DNA of 64,000 bases from IMG/VR virus record IMGVR_UViG_3300032093_000029. One strand, written 5' to 3'. A model generated the notes under the pieces. It worked only from the letters and a program-made list of their open reading frames with translations. It was not told the DNA's origin and ran no database searches. Made by a program: the position numbers and the translations under genes. Positions within the stretch are counted from its first letter, which is position 1; every line of letters begins with the position of its first letter. The stretch is from an uncultured virus (IMG/VR IMGVR_UViG_3300032093_000029). Its lineage: Duplodnaviria > Heunggongvirae > Uroviricota > Caudoviricetes. This document shows positions 45,210 through 54,994 of the stretch, piece by piece.

Positions 45210-45460
45210 TGAATAAGAGTCAAATAATCATTAAGTAGAGGGGTTTTTGGATCAACCAGAGTTAAAATTTTATCTGAAGAGATCATTATGGAATCAGTTG
45301 AATCAGTCAACTCATATAGCCATGGCGTAAGTTTTCCATCAAAAATTTGATAGGGATTAATTAGTTTACAATCAGGTTCTCCTAGTTCGGATACAACTGC
45401 ACTTATTTTTGAAATTAAGATAGTTCCACTCACTAAAACAAGAACTTGTATATCATCCAT
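45206..45460 (-). CDS. hypothetical protein (Sm-like fold candidate)
   Basis: ELGEPDCKLINP...PW. Confidence 0.7.
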   Translation of the reverse strand: MDDIQVLVLVSGTILISKISAVVSELGEPDCKLINPYQIFDGKLTPWLYELTDSTDSIMISSDKILTLVDPKTPLLNDYLTLIQ

Positions 45461-45884
45461 TTTTTTCTTCCACAATTACTTCGAAATTTTCAATAAGAGT
45501 TTCTTGTTGATCTAGTTCATCAGAGTCATCGAAATCATCAAAATCATCATACTCATCAAAATCATCCTCATCCTCTACATCTCCACTCATTCTCATTAAA
45601 TAAGAATTTTTAACCATCTCATGAGCTTCTACTACACAAACTACCCAAGAAGGATCGATAGCAATAGTTTTGTCTGAGGACAGAACAATCCATGGATAAA
45701 AAGAAACTTTTTGTTCTTTTTCTACTTCACCATTACTCTCGAATAATACTTTAGGTGTAAGCAAATTGACCACATAGGGGTTTTCGAAAACTAAAGAGAC
45801 TACTTTCTCATTAGAATCAACTAGTTCTTTAATATCAGCTATTACATGTTCTCCAGATTTGAGAACAGCCAGTTTTACAGACAT
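45453..45884 (-). CDS. hypothetical protein (Sm-like fold candidate)
   Basis: LKSGEHVI...PW; acidic tail. Confidence 0.7.
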   Translation of the reverse strand: MSVKLAVLKSGEHVIADIKELVDSNEKVVSLVFENPYVVNLLTPKVLFESNGEVEKEQKVSFYPWIVLSSDKTIAIDPSWVVCVVEAHEMVKNSYLMRMSGDVEDEDDFDEYDDFDDFDDSDELDQQETLIENFEVIVEEKNG

Positions 45885-45906
45885 ACTCACTCCAAGTTTA
45901 AAGCCA

Positions 45907-45958
45907 AGATACCACAAAAAAATGGGGGTGTCAACTGGATTTTGCCAGTTAACCCCCA
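45907..45958 (-). promoter_or_regulatory. terminator hairpin overlapping a sigma70 promoter
   Basis: GGGGGTTAACTGG...CCAGTTGACACCCCCATTTTTTT; TTGACA-17 bp-TATCTT. Confidence 0.6.
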
Positions 45959-45981
45959 GCGCCGACGATATTCAAAAATAT

Positions 45982-46170
45982 TTAGGCGCCATCACCATCT
46001 GCGGAATTACCACTCCCACCACCGCCTGGATTCTTAGGCATAGCTTTTCCTGCAGGGACTACTTTTGATTTTCCAGTCAACGGATTGTAGATTTTATGCC
46101 TAACGGCAGCGGGGTAGGAAATCTGTTTAATGTTTCCGACTTGTTCTAAGAACTGCTTAAAGGATTTCAT
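45982..46170 (-). CDS. small protein with capsid-targeting-like N-terminus
   Basis: Starts MKSFKQFLEQ. Confidence 0.65.
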   Translation of the reverse strand: MKSFKQFLEQVGNIKQISYPAAVRHKIYNPLTGKSKVVPAGKAMPKNPGGGGSGNSADGDGA

Positions 46171-46594
46171 ACACCTTTCGTTTCTGATGTTCAGGAATAA
46201 TCCTATTTAGTTTGACATGGAGTAGACCATCTTCAAACTTTACATCAGATACCTTAACATCGTCGGATAGTGTCCAGGTTCTCGTAAAGGCCCTCTTTGC
46301 CAGACCATTGTGAAGATATTCACCTACTTCTGAAGTTTCTGCCTTCTTCGCTTCAACGAAGAGTTTATTCCATTCGGTAAAAACTTCAATATCTTCTCGT
46401 TTGTATCCAGCAAGAGCGATCTCAATACGATACTCTGTCTCACTTTCCTTAATCACATTGTATGGTGGGTAGTTATTATAGGACTCATGTGTAGCCCCGA
46501 AGCGATTAAACCACTCATCCATTCCAATACTATACTTCTCAATATCATTTAGAAATTTGTCAATGTTAGCCGTGTTGTACTTAGCGAGTAACAT
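46157..46594 (-). CDS. hsp20: small heat-shock protein Hsp20
   Basis: NYPPYN, ALAGY, GLAKRAF, FEDGLL. Confidence 0.95.
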   Translation of the reverse strand: MLLAKYNTANIDKFLNDIEKYSIGMDEWFNRFGATHESYNNYPPYNVIKESETEYRIEIALAGYKREDIEVFTEWNKLFVEAKKAETSEVGEYLHNGLAKRAFTRTWTLSDDVKVSDVKFEDGLLHVKLNRIIPEHQKRKVYEIL

Positions 46595-46704
46595 GATAGA
46601 CCTCCTTAAGCGTCTGTTAGGTTGTATTACGGATCCGAAGACTCCGCTTTAGAGTATGGGCAGTCATATGACCTTTACCCATCATCATTATATATCTAAA
46701 AACA

Positions 46705-46736
46705 TAAAAAATGGTACGGAGTAAAACCGTACCATT
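46705..46736. terminator. intrinsic terminator
   Basis: AAAATGGTACGG/CCGTACCATTTT hairpin. Confidence 0.7.
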
Positions 46737-46790
46737 TTGGGTATGTTCCGAACTTTGTAGAGACCGCACGAAAAGTCGCTACAGAGTTAT

Positions 46791-47222
46791 TTATGATTCT
46801 GGTTTTTTCTTCTTTCCAATATTATACTTACTTTCCAAAATCCAGTCATTCTTGTCTTTATAGGACAAGACTTTGATCTGATTCAAAGGTGCTACATCAG
46901 TAACAAAATCGGGTTTAGTGATTGTAATTAAACCCCAATCAGAAAGAAGATTGATAATACGATTTCTACGTTGAACATCATTCACCGTAAGATTTGCATG
47001 TTTACCATCAAGAGCAAACAGTTCTTTAAAGTGAACAATGTAATAACGGCCCTGTTTATGAAGAATGTGACAGGACTGATAAATTTTCTTTTCCTTGCGC
47101 GAGGCAACACCGATACGAGTGAGTGTCTCACGGACTTTCAAGAAATCGTCTGGTTCATTCAGAACCACTTCCACCATTTGATCTTGTGACCAATTGACTT
47201 CTGGTTCAACAAAGGTACTCAT
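46791..47222 (-). CDS. regA: translational repressor RegA
   Basis: FLKVRETLTRIG, QSCHILHKQGRYYIVHFKELF. Confidence 0.96.
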   Translation of the reverse strand: MSTFVEPEVNWSQDQMVEVVLNEPDDFLKVRETLTRIGVASRKEKKIYQSCHILHKQGRYYIVHFKELFALDGKHANLTVNDVQRRNRIINLLSDWGLITITKPDFVTDVAPLNQIKVLSYKDKNDWILESKYNIGKKKKPES

Positions 47223-47608
47223 CTTTTGCCTCCGACATCAAGTTTAGATTTAATATAGTTAATTTGGTCTTTTGTTAGAATTTTCAATGCTTGTTGGGCC
47301 TTCTCATTACTATAGCCATAGTATGATTTGACTGCATCAAGATCTTGAATTTTCTCTTTTTTAAGCCACGGAGAAAATCTTTTCCGTTTCCTGACACTAT
47401 TTAGTAAAAAATCATATTGAAGTCTAGAAGTCAGTTGATGATTGAGATTCATCTCATTTGCAAACATAACCGTATCAATGTGACCTGAAAGACATTTATT
47501 CACAACAAATGCTGGATACTTCTTTTCCCATTGAGGATCTCCACCATCCATCAAATAATCTTTTGTGAAGTTAATGGAATTTAGATAGTCTTTTAGTTCG
47601 TAACTCAT
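47219..47608 (-). CDS. 62: clamp loader small subunit (gp62)
   Basis: LNSIN, ANEMN, RKRFSPW, YYGYSNEKA. Confidence 0.92.
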   Translation of the reverse strand: MSYELKDYLNSINFTKDYLMDGGDPQWEKKYPAFVVNKCLSGHIDTVMFANEMNLNHQLTSRLQYDFLLNSVRKRKRFSPWLKKEKIQDLDAVKSYYGYSNEKAQQALKILTKDQINYIKSKLDVGGKR

Positions 47609-48726
47609 CGGATAATATCAATAGATTCTGGGTTCTTATTCCAAGTCTCAAGTTCTGTGCGAAGACGACCTTCAGACTTCAGAGTTTCATATCGATTAGA
47701 GGCCTTTTTCCTCCACCAGTTCACAAGGTGATCAAAATGAAACTTATCATAGTTTTGACCGGGACGTAGAACTTCATCTTGTCCAAGAATGACTTCACGA
47801 GCATTCTCAAACCCGTAATCAGAAATATAAAATCTCTTCTGTTCAGTCAGATTTTTTGCATTTGCAATCGCAGTCTGGAACTCCACAACCTTTTGAGAAG
47901 GTAAGCTTTTCTTGATGATTGAGATCATCTTTTGTTGGGTCTTGAGTTTCCGACTGGATGCGTCCTCCTTCACCAGAGATTGGTTGTCGTTCCTCTGAAT
48001 AAACCATTTGTTTAACTCCTGAAAGATCTCATCATGGAGCAGAGGAGTAAAATCACTTTGAGTTAGACCCTTGTACCTCATGTAGGGTTTCAAACCATCA
48101 TACTGTGATGAGGCTTTTGTAGACCCATAGAGAGAAGTTGTCTCAAAAGAACAAATGTCTGATCCATACTTCTTATTTAACGTCTCACGAGCAGTATGAG
48201 AACAACAAAGAAGTGCGAGGAGTTTACCTCCGAGATAATTAAATCCAAAAGGTTGTGTAGGTACAATGATAAATCCCATGATTGCATGACGATTAAACCT
48301 AGACAACTCGGGAGTTTGTCCAAGCCAATCATTGCGGGGTTTTGAATTAATAGTTGGAGATCCAAATCGACAGAAACCAACAATCTTCTGCGTGTTAGTT
48401 TCTTGGACAATCCACTTTAGTGATTTACCAGGAATACTATCTTCAATCGCATGAGAAGTAGTAATCTGAAGTCTTTCGTTGAAATATTCATTTGTAAATC
48501 CACCTCTTTCTCCTGCAGGATAAACTTTGAAGTTCATATCCTGTGGGTGCATATCAAAAGCATCAAACATGTCATCCTCGGGACCAATCCCAAGAATGGA
48601 TGACGGCATTTGTTCCATTCTATCCAATTTCACATTACGCAGATATTCATCGATTCTACCCATGTTGGAGAAGTAATCGATGAATTTATCCGCTGCGTAA
48701 ATCGCATCATCAAGTTCTAGTTGCAT
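47605..48726 (-). CDS. DUF4338-like protein
   Basis: SIPGK, PTQPFGFNYLGGKLLA, FETTSLYG...SQY. Confidence 0.7.
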   Translation of the reverse strand: MQLELDDAIYAADKFIDYFSNMGRIDEYLRNVKLDRMEQMPSSILGIGPEDDMFDAFDMHPQDMNFKVYPAGERGGFTNEYFNERLQITTSHAIEDSIPGKSLKWIVQETNTQKIVGFCRFGSPTINSKPRNDWLGQTPELSRFNRHAIMGFIIVPTQPFGFNYLGGKLLALLCCSHTARETLNKKYGSDICSFETTSLYGSTKASSQYDGLKPYMRYKGLTQSDFTPLLHDEIFQELNKWFIQRNDNQSLVKEDASSRKLKTQQKMISIIKKSLPSQKVVEFQTAIANAKNLTEQKRFYISDYGFENAREVILGQDEVLRPGQNYDKFHFDHLVNWWRKKASNRYETLKSEGRLRTELETWNKNPESIDIIR

Positions 48727-48727
48727 A

Positions 48728-49024
48728 TCAAATGATCAGTTTTTTTTCTTCTGGAGTTACGAGTTTACTCCCATAAACTTCATTATACTTCTTTTTAATT
48801 TGTGGATCAACTTCTGCAACATAGACAATGTGATTCTTAGCGATAATCAATTCGGGAATCGTCTTATCGATCACAGAAGCCCATGGAGCAAATCCCACAC
48901 GACCATCTGGACTAGGAAGAACAACTAAACCATTTTTCACAGTCACAAAGTTATCATCCTGAGAGACAAGTTCAGCTACAACCTCTTCTCCAGTAGCAAT
49001 ACGAAATAGTTTTACATCAATCAT
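48728..49024 (-). CDS. hypothetical protein (Sm-like fold candidate)
   Basis: TGEEVVA...FAPW...YGSKLV. Confidence 0.75.
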   Translation of the reverse strand: MIDVKLFRIATGEEVVAELVSQDDNFVTVKNGLVVLPSPDGRVGFAPWASVIDKTIPELIIAKNHIVYVAEVDPQIKKKYNEVYGSKLVTPEEKKLII

Positions 49025-49971
49025 TTAAAATTACACTCCACCATAATTTCAGTTAACGCCGCCAGAAGATTAATTTCTTGATCCGCAACGAAGGCAATCT
49101 GATACTGATACTTAGCAATAATGAGCACAGCAGCAGGAATAGAAGAACTTTCAAGGGCATTATAAAGAGCATCGTAAACACGACGCAAAAGTACACCAGA
49201 ATCATTGTCCAAATTATTAACGACCCATTTACGTACTTCAGGGAAGTTCTTTTCTTTAAGGTTTCTAACCAGGTCATTGATATTTACATCCGAGAACTCA
49301 GCAAGGATCGCAGAATCGATTTTACCACCAGCAGAATACCTCTGACATTCGTTTAGAACCCTTCTCCAATCCGGAAAATATTTATTGATAAGTTCCGCAA
49401 GGACTTTTTGATCGTATTGAATACTTTCCAAGTCAAGGATATTCTGAATACGTTTAAAGAATGATCCTGCAAGTTGAGCTTTTTCTTTTCCTTTGATACT
49501 AAACTCAACAACTGCACATCGAGAGTGGAGAGGTTCAATGATTTTGTTTTTATAGTTACATGTGAAGATGAACCTGCAATTGTTATAAAACGTCTCAATA
49601 TTAGCCCGTAGAAGGAGTTGTACATCGTGGGTTGTGTTGTCAGCCTCATCAATGATGATGACTTTGTGTTTTGCATCACCCGCAGAAAGTGAGACGGTCG
49701 AAGCAAAGTTCTTTGCTTGGTTCCGTACCGTGTCCAAAAATCGTCCTTCGTCAGATCCATTAATGACATAATAATCTACACCCAATTCTTCGCAAAGAGC
49801 TTTTGCAACTGTAGTTTTTCCACAACCTGCAGGACCAGCAAGCATGAGGTTTGGAATTTCTTTTTTATTTAGAAACTCCAAAAATGTCTTCTTATTTGCA
49901 TCAGGAAGAATACAATCTTCAATTTTACGTGGGCGATATTTTTCAACCCACAGAAACTCATCACGACTCAT
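49021..49971 (-). CDS. 44: clamp loader large subunit (gp44)
   Basis: LWVEKYRP, GPAGCGKTT, IIDEAD, SRC. Confidence 0.96.
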   Translation of the reverse strand: MSRDEFLWVEKYRPRKIEDCILPDANKKTFLEFLNKKEIPNLMLAGPAGCGKTTVAKALCEELGVDYYVINGSDEGRFLDTVRNQAKNFASTVSLSAGDAKHKVIIIDEADNTTHDVQLLLRANIETFYNNCRFIFTCNYKNKIIEPLHSRCAVVEFSIKGKEKAQLAGSFFKRIQNILDLESIQYDQKVLAELINKYFPDWRRVLNECQRYSAGGKIDSAILAEFSDVNINDLVRNLKEKNFPEVRKWVVNNLDNDSGVLLRRVYDALYNALESSSIPAAVLIIAKYQYQIAFVADQEINLLAALTEIMVECNFK

Positions 49972-49973
49972 AA

Positions 49974-50486
49974 TCAAATCCAATTAGGTTTACGTTCAGG
50001 CATCCGCAGATAATTATCTGCAACCCAAGGTTTAGAAGCAATATACCTTTTATAAGCAGTAAAGGTATCAATAGTATCATCAAATTTCCACTCTATAGGC
50101 ATAGCACGAGCGAATGGAGTCACTTCTGTAATCTTGCCCTTTGGAAACAAATAATATGCGTCCACGAGGGTCTTATAACAGGAGTGAGTTTTATTATACC
50201 GCAGGCAGTATTCATCAGACAAGTTCAATCCCCACTTGATTAACCAGTAGGCATTATGGATACTCTCCATTGCCCACTTGGTGCAGGGATGATTGCGGAA
50301 TGCTCCTTTCTCGGTCTTATAGGGGGTTCCATCCGTCTTAGGGAGAGTGCCATACCCGTGTCCCCACTTCTCTGATGCCACGATAGAGAGCATCTGACAA
50401 CACTCTAAGGGCATCTTGACGATATGTTTGTCTGGGAGACAAATAGCACTCTCAGCAGGCCAAGGGGAAGTGACAAAGATGTTCAT
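49974..50486 (-). CDS. pyrimidine dimer DNA glycosylase/endonuclease V family protein
   Basis: MNIF...DKHIVKMPLE-QML...NHPCTKW...AMP. Confidence 0.8.
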   Translation of the reverse strand: MNIFVTSPWPAESAICLPDKHIVKMPLECCQMLSIVASEKWGHGYGTLPKTDGTPYKTEKGAFRNHPCTKWAMESIHNAYWLIKWGLNLSDEYCLRYNKTHSCYKTLVDAYYLFPKGKITEVTPFARAMPIEWKFDDTIDTFTAYKRYIASKPWVADNYLRMPERKPNWI

Positions 50487-50503
50487 AATATAGGTGAGTT
50501 ACC

Positions 50504-51193
50504 TCACTCATCATAGGTGGAGTCGGGTTCCAATGCAATGTAGTATGTAAGATTCTTATCTTCTGACTGGAAACGAGACAGGAGTTTCTTGGAGATCACA
50601 ACCTCATAAGAACCAGGAAGAATCTTAATGTTTTCAACTTTAAAGTTCAGTACAAAAGTTCCAGTAGTTTCACCAACAACCAGTGAATATTCATTAGATG
50701 TGTCATTCTTTTTGTCACGAACAACCAATTTCACAACACCAGCTTCTCCAACAACAGAAAGGTCAGGAACACCATAAACTGCTGCAGCCTTGAGAAGTTT
50801 ATCTAGTTGTTGAGTATTTACTTCAAAACAGACATCTTCAGAAGGGAGTGCAATAGACTTTTCGGGTGGAGTCACAATCACTGCAGGATCAGCAAAGAAA
50901 TACTTAGAACGTGCATTACCTTCACTGATAGTCACATAACTATCATTAGCAAACTTCAGTTGAGGATTCTGATAGAGGGACATTGCATTTAGGAACTGGT
51001 TAAGGTCGTAAATACCAAAGTCTTTTTCAAATTCTTCCTCTACTTCAACTTCCGCAAGAATATTTTTCATTACAGAAATAGTGCGGAGTTTATTTCCCTT
51101 CTTAAAGAGAATAGACTGATTAATTCCAGAGAAGTTCTTGAGAAGAGAGAGGGTTTTTTCAGAGAGTTTCATAGATGTATTTTTGAGTTTCAT
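50504..51193 (-). CDS. 45: sliding clamp (gp45)
   Basis: MKLSEKTL-LLKNFSGIN, FGIYDLNQFL, YYIALE. Confidence 0.95.
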   Translation of the reverse strand: MKLKNTSMKLSEKTLSLLKNFSGINQSILFKKGNKLRTISVMKNILAEVEVEEEFEKDFGIYDLNQFLNAMSLYQNPQLKFANDSYVTISEGNARSKYFFADPAVIVTPPEKSIALPSEDVCFEVNTQQLDKLLKAAAVYGVPDLSVVGEAGVVKLVVRDKKNDTSNEYSLVVGETTGTFVLNFKVENIKILPGSYEVVISKKLLSRFQSEDKNLTYYIALEPDSTYDE

Positions 51194-51195
51194 GA

Positions 51196-51729
51196 TCAAC
51201 GGAATTCGGAAAGGCCATTATCTTTACGAGAATAATGGCCATCAAAGTGAAGCAGGAGCATAGCATAATGAATCACTTTGAGAAGGTCACGTTTGTTGCG
51301 ACCATCTTTATCACCATAACGACTTCCATACTTTAGAATATTCGCCTGACAAAATCCAGGAGCAAGACCCTTTGCTGCCATCAGATCAATCGTTTGAATA
51401 TCTTGGTATTCTTCGTTGTGACTACAATAGTGACTACCATAAGTACTAGTCACATAATCCTTAATGTCTTTCAGGATTTTATCTTCATTATACTTCCACA
51501 AATGATTTTTGTTTTCGCTCATAGTAACAGGGGTTTTATCAAGGTTGAGTGTACCATTGTCACCAATATGCATGGTGAATTGATTGATATTAGTGTTTTC
51601 TTTTCCTGAGCCAATAAAGATTGTATCGGGAGAAGGATTTGGATTACCAGTCAAACTGATTCCATCTTCTACCCAAAAATCTTGGTTTGGGATGGAACTT
51701 TCGTAAGTGCTTTCAAAGTTTTCAGACAT
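51196..51729 (-). CDS. DUF3310-like conserved protein
   Basis: YGSHY, NILKYGSRYGDK, DLLKVIHY. Confidence 0.7.
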   Translation of the reverse strand: MSENFESTYESSIPNQDFWVEDGISLTGNPNPSPDTIFIGSGKENTNINQFTMHIGDNGTLNLDKTPVTMSENKNHLWKYNEDKILKDIKDYVTSTYGSHYCSHNEEYQDIQTIDLMAAKGLAPGFCQANILKYGSRYGDKDGRNKRDLLKVIHYAMLLLHFDGHYSRKDNGLSEFR

Positions 51730-51785
51730 TCTAATCATAGTAAAAGAACAAAAAGGGGAGGCACTTCTTACCTTCCCCAATTATA

Positions 51786-52889
51786 TCAGGATTGTGTTTC
51801 CTGGTCAATGGGCATCTGGAAATCAGCATCCACTTTATCATACAGTTCCAGGAAGGACTGTTTGGTTTCATCATCAAAACGGTTGACGCACACTTGGATT
51901 GCCTTTGCTTTGTCTTGGAAGATGCCGTATGCACGGATGATGTGAACCAGACGACGGGTGCTGATGATTTCCTCAATACCACCATCGTAGAAGGTCTTGC
52001 GGATGATGTCTGCCCAGTCCACCAGACGCTTGCAGAAGTCACGGTCTTTCACACCAAGATCCAGAGCAACGCCTTCCAGGATCTTTTGTTCAGTTGCAGG
52101 AGCAGGATAAGACTGCTCAAAGGTCACGGGGAAACGTTCAAGGAAAGCTTCATTAAGAACGTTAGTGCCAATAAATCGACCGTCATCAGAACCCTTACCT
52201 TTGGTATTGGCGGTGGCAATCACATTGAAACCAGAAGCAGGTTTCACAAAGCGACCAATCTTTTTAAGGAACACACCCTTACCTTCCAGAATAGATTGAA
52301 GGCACAGGATCTTGTTGGAAGCAAGATCAATCTCATCCAATAGGAGAATAGCACCACGTTCAAGTGCTTCCACCACAGGACCATTGTGCCAAACAGTAGC
52401 ACCATCAACAAGACGGAACCCACCAATCAGGTCATCCTCATCCGTTTCAATCGTGATGTTGACACGAATCAGTTCACGTTTGAGTTGAGCACACGCTTGT
52501 TCAACCGAGAACGTTTTACCGTTACCCGAAAGACCCGTAATGAACGCAGGGTAAAAGATACGGGACTGAATAATCTTTTTAATATCGTTAAAGTTACCAA
52601 ACTTGACGAAGGTATCATCTTTATCAGGAATAAGGTTTTGTTCAGCGGCAGGAAGAACGGCAGGTGCTTGATAAGAACGCTCAATCTCTTCAACACGTTC
52701 TTGAGTCACTTCCAGATTCCAACGACCACGAGTAGTCTTGAAAGATTCCAGACGACGAGTTACGGTCTGGTAATTCATATTACGAGAGGCACAGAAACCT
52801 CGAATATCCCCAGCACTAATTTCAGTACCATAGAGATTTTTGAGATCAGAAATGAGTTGTTCGTCAGTCACAGGAGATTTGCGAGGCAT
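51786..52889 (-). CDS. cobS: CobS-like AAA+ (MoxR-type) ATPase
   Basis: GLSGNGKT, LLDEID, ATANTKG, EAFLERF, STRRL. Confidence 0.9.
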   Translation of the reverse strand: MPRKSPVTDEQLISDLKNLYGTEISAGDIRGFCASRNMNYQTVTRRLESFKTTRGRWNLEVTQERVEEIERSYQAPAVLPAAEQNLIPDKDDTFVKFGNFNDIKKIIQSRIFYPAFITGLSGNGKTFSVEQACAQLKRELIRVNITIETDEDDLIGGFRLVDGATVWHNGPVVEALERGAILLLDEIDLASNKILCLQSILEGKGVFLKKIGRFVKPASGFNVIATANTKGKGSDDGRFIGTNVLNEAFLERFPVTFEQSYPAPATEQKILEGVALDLGVKDRDFCKRLVDWADIIRKTFYDGGIEEIISTRRLVHIIRAYGIFQDKAKAIQVCVNRFDDETKQSFLELYDKVDADFQMPIDQETQS

Positions 52890-52959
52890 AATGTGGTTGG
52901 GTGGTGTGTTTCAACTGAAGCTATAATACGCGAAAACCACCCCAGAAGAAAGGGGTATT

Positions 52960-52982
52960 GTGCCAGTTTAAAAAGTGTCCAC
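52960..52982 (-). promoter_or_regulatory. cyanophage early-promoter palindrome
   Basis: GTGGACACTTTTTAAACTGGCAC with TATTAT 31 nt downstream. Confidence 0.65.
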
Positions 52983-54994
52983 TACAAGATATTTTTTACT
53001 TTACCAAAAATGTTTCTATTCCAAAAGTCACAAATAGAAACTTCTATTTCAGGATCAACAACATACAAAGAAGCTAAACATCTTTGTTGACAACTCTGAA
53101 CTTCTGTATGTCCATATAACAAAGTGGTAGCATCGGTAGAAAAAATATTAGAAAGATTTACAAATTTTTTCCCAGGTCCAACAAAAATATTTGCAAACTT
53201 TTGAGATTCTTTATACAAATCAGCAACAACAAACTTTGTAGGAGTTTTTTTAAAGACTGACCAATACTTAATAAATGATTCGGTTCCACCAAAATGGTCC
53301 ATAAGTTCTTTGATTGATAAATCAAAACTATGATCCATTACAAATCTTGAGTGATCTGTTTTCCCCAACCAAGTAAAATAATCCTTTTCGGAAAAAGATT
53401 TGATACATTCTACAATATCATTTGTCTTCCATGTATGTAAGTGTTTATACCATTGTATACTTTTAATATTAAAATCATATACAATAATTTTACCATTTAA
53501 GTCCAATTTTTTATTTTTAAAAATATCAAACAACTTAAATCCACTTGCAGTATTTACAACTAAATTAAACTTACCTTCATTATTAATTGACATTGATTCA
53601 CTATTAAATAACCATATTTGATCTTTTACTGATTTTGCATCATTTATCAACTTTACTTGATTCCAATTCTGACCTTCATATGGAGTTAAAGTTTTAATAC
53701 TTGATTCAAACTTTTCAGTATTAAATTCTGGATAATAATAAAACTTATTAAAACGTAATTTTTCGCTCAAAGTTATTACTGGCCAATCATTTAAAAACAT
53801 AGAACTCAAAAGTTTCCAACCCTGTCCAGCGTTAGATTGGTATTCTTGTTTGTTTGAATACTTAACCCACAATGGAGTATAGTCATCATGAAAGTTTTCA
53901 ATACTTCTTTCAACTACAGGTAATAATTGTTCTTCAGAACACCAATCACCAAATTCCGGACATCCAACTTCTTTCCATGCAGAAACGTTGACTATAAAAA
54001 ATTGGTGGTGTAATTCCAACCACCTCCCAGGCCAAGATAATATATGTCCAGCTATACCAAAATTATTTTCATTTATAAAATCTCTAATTTCTTTATCATA
54101 ATCAAAACTCTTCAAAGTACATCCAGAAGATTGAATCACACAATACTCATATTTTTTAATTAAAGCTTCATTCAATATCTCATGTATTTCATCTCCACAA
54201 ATTATATCTACATTACTTCTAGATCTGTTGAGATAAAATAAGGTTGCACCTTTGGATCTTAGGTACATCGAAAAATTATTAATCCTATTTCGTTGATTAT
54301 AAACCCCGTAACATACCCGTTTCTTTCGAGTTTTAAGTTGATCAAATGCTGTTTGTATTAAATTATTATTAATAGATCCATGAACAATAAAATGATATCT
54401 AGGTTCATCACTATTATTAAAAACAGCGTGAACATTTCCTATATCTAAAAAAAATCCTGTCCCTTGACTAAAAGGAACTTTTCCCCATTTTTCAAAGTAA
54501 AAATTACATCCATCAGGATTATTAATTGCTATGTTCAAAGGACCAAAAATTCTACCATCACCATCAGAATGTGGCATAATGTATCCACCAGGAGATAGTT
54601 TCATGATCCTTACTCGATCGTAACTACCATATCCCAATTTTTTTAAAAATTTAACGCAAGTAGGAAAATATACACAAGCTTCTGTCCAATCATAATCTGG
54701 TTCAGTCAGTCCATATTGATCATAATTTTCAGTAGCATCTGGACGTATTCCATGTAAAGTTAAAGCAGACCAACCTTCATGAGAATAACTTAGATGTTTA
54801 TCTTTCTGCCTATGACCCACAAAAAGATGATCATTATCAATGCATTCTTGATGCATTTCTTCAAAGTCATCAGAAAAATCTATTTGAAGAAAAGGCCAAT
54901 CTGAGTCAAATACATTGAATTGTTTTGAAGAATTTGGGGGATACCACTGATTCTCCAATGAGTTTTCTATAAATGTTTCAATTATTTTGTTCAT
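52982..54994 (-). CDS. multidomain protein with N-terminal Asp/Asn beta-hydroxylase-like 2OG-Fe(II) domain
   Basis: RVRIMKL-PGGYIMPHSD...HAVFN...RYHFIVH; two further domains. Confidence 0.75.
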   Translation of the reverse strand: MNKIIETFIENSLENQWYPPNSSKQFNVFDSDWPFLQIDFSDDFEEMHQECIDNDHLFVGHRQKDKHLSYSHEGWSALTLHGIRPDATENYDQYGLTEPDYDWTEACVYFPTCVKFLKKLGYGSYDRVRIMKLSPGGYIMPHSDGDGRIFGPLNIAINNPDGCNFYFEKWGKVPFSQGTGFFLDIGNVHAVFNNSDEPRYHFIVHGSINNNLIQTAFDQLKTRKKRVCYGVYNQRNRINNFSMYLRSKGATLFYLNRSRSNVDIICGDEIHEILNEALIKKYEYCVIQSSGCTLKSFDYDKEIRDFINENNFGIAGHILSWPGRWLELHHQFFIVNVSAWKEVGCPEFGDWCSEEQLLPVVERSIENFHDDYTPLWVKYSNKQEYQSNAGQGWKLLSSMFLNDWPVITLSEKLRFNKFYYYPEFNTEKFESSIKTLTPYEGQNWNQVKLINDAKSVKDQIWLFNSESMSINNEGKFNLVVNTASGFKLFDIFKNKKLDLNGKIIVYDFNIKSIQWYKHLHTWKTNDIVECIKSFSEKDYFTWLGKTDHSRFVMDHSFDLSIKELMDHFGGTESFIKYWSVFKKTPTKFVVADLYKESQKFANIFVGPGKKFVNLSNIFSTDATTLLYGHTEVQSCQQRCLASLYVVDPEIEVSICDFWNRNIFGKVKNIL

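Noticed and set aside
51792..53090. Long plus-strand ORFs (183 and 234 aa)
   Set aside because: Antisense to the cobS-like gene; no recognisable motifs
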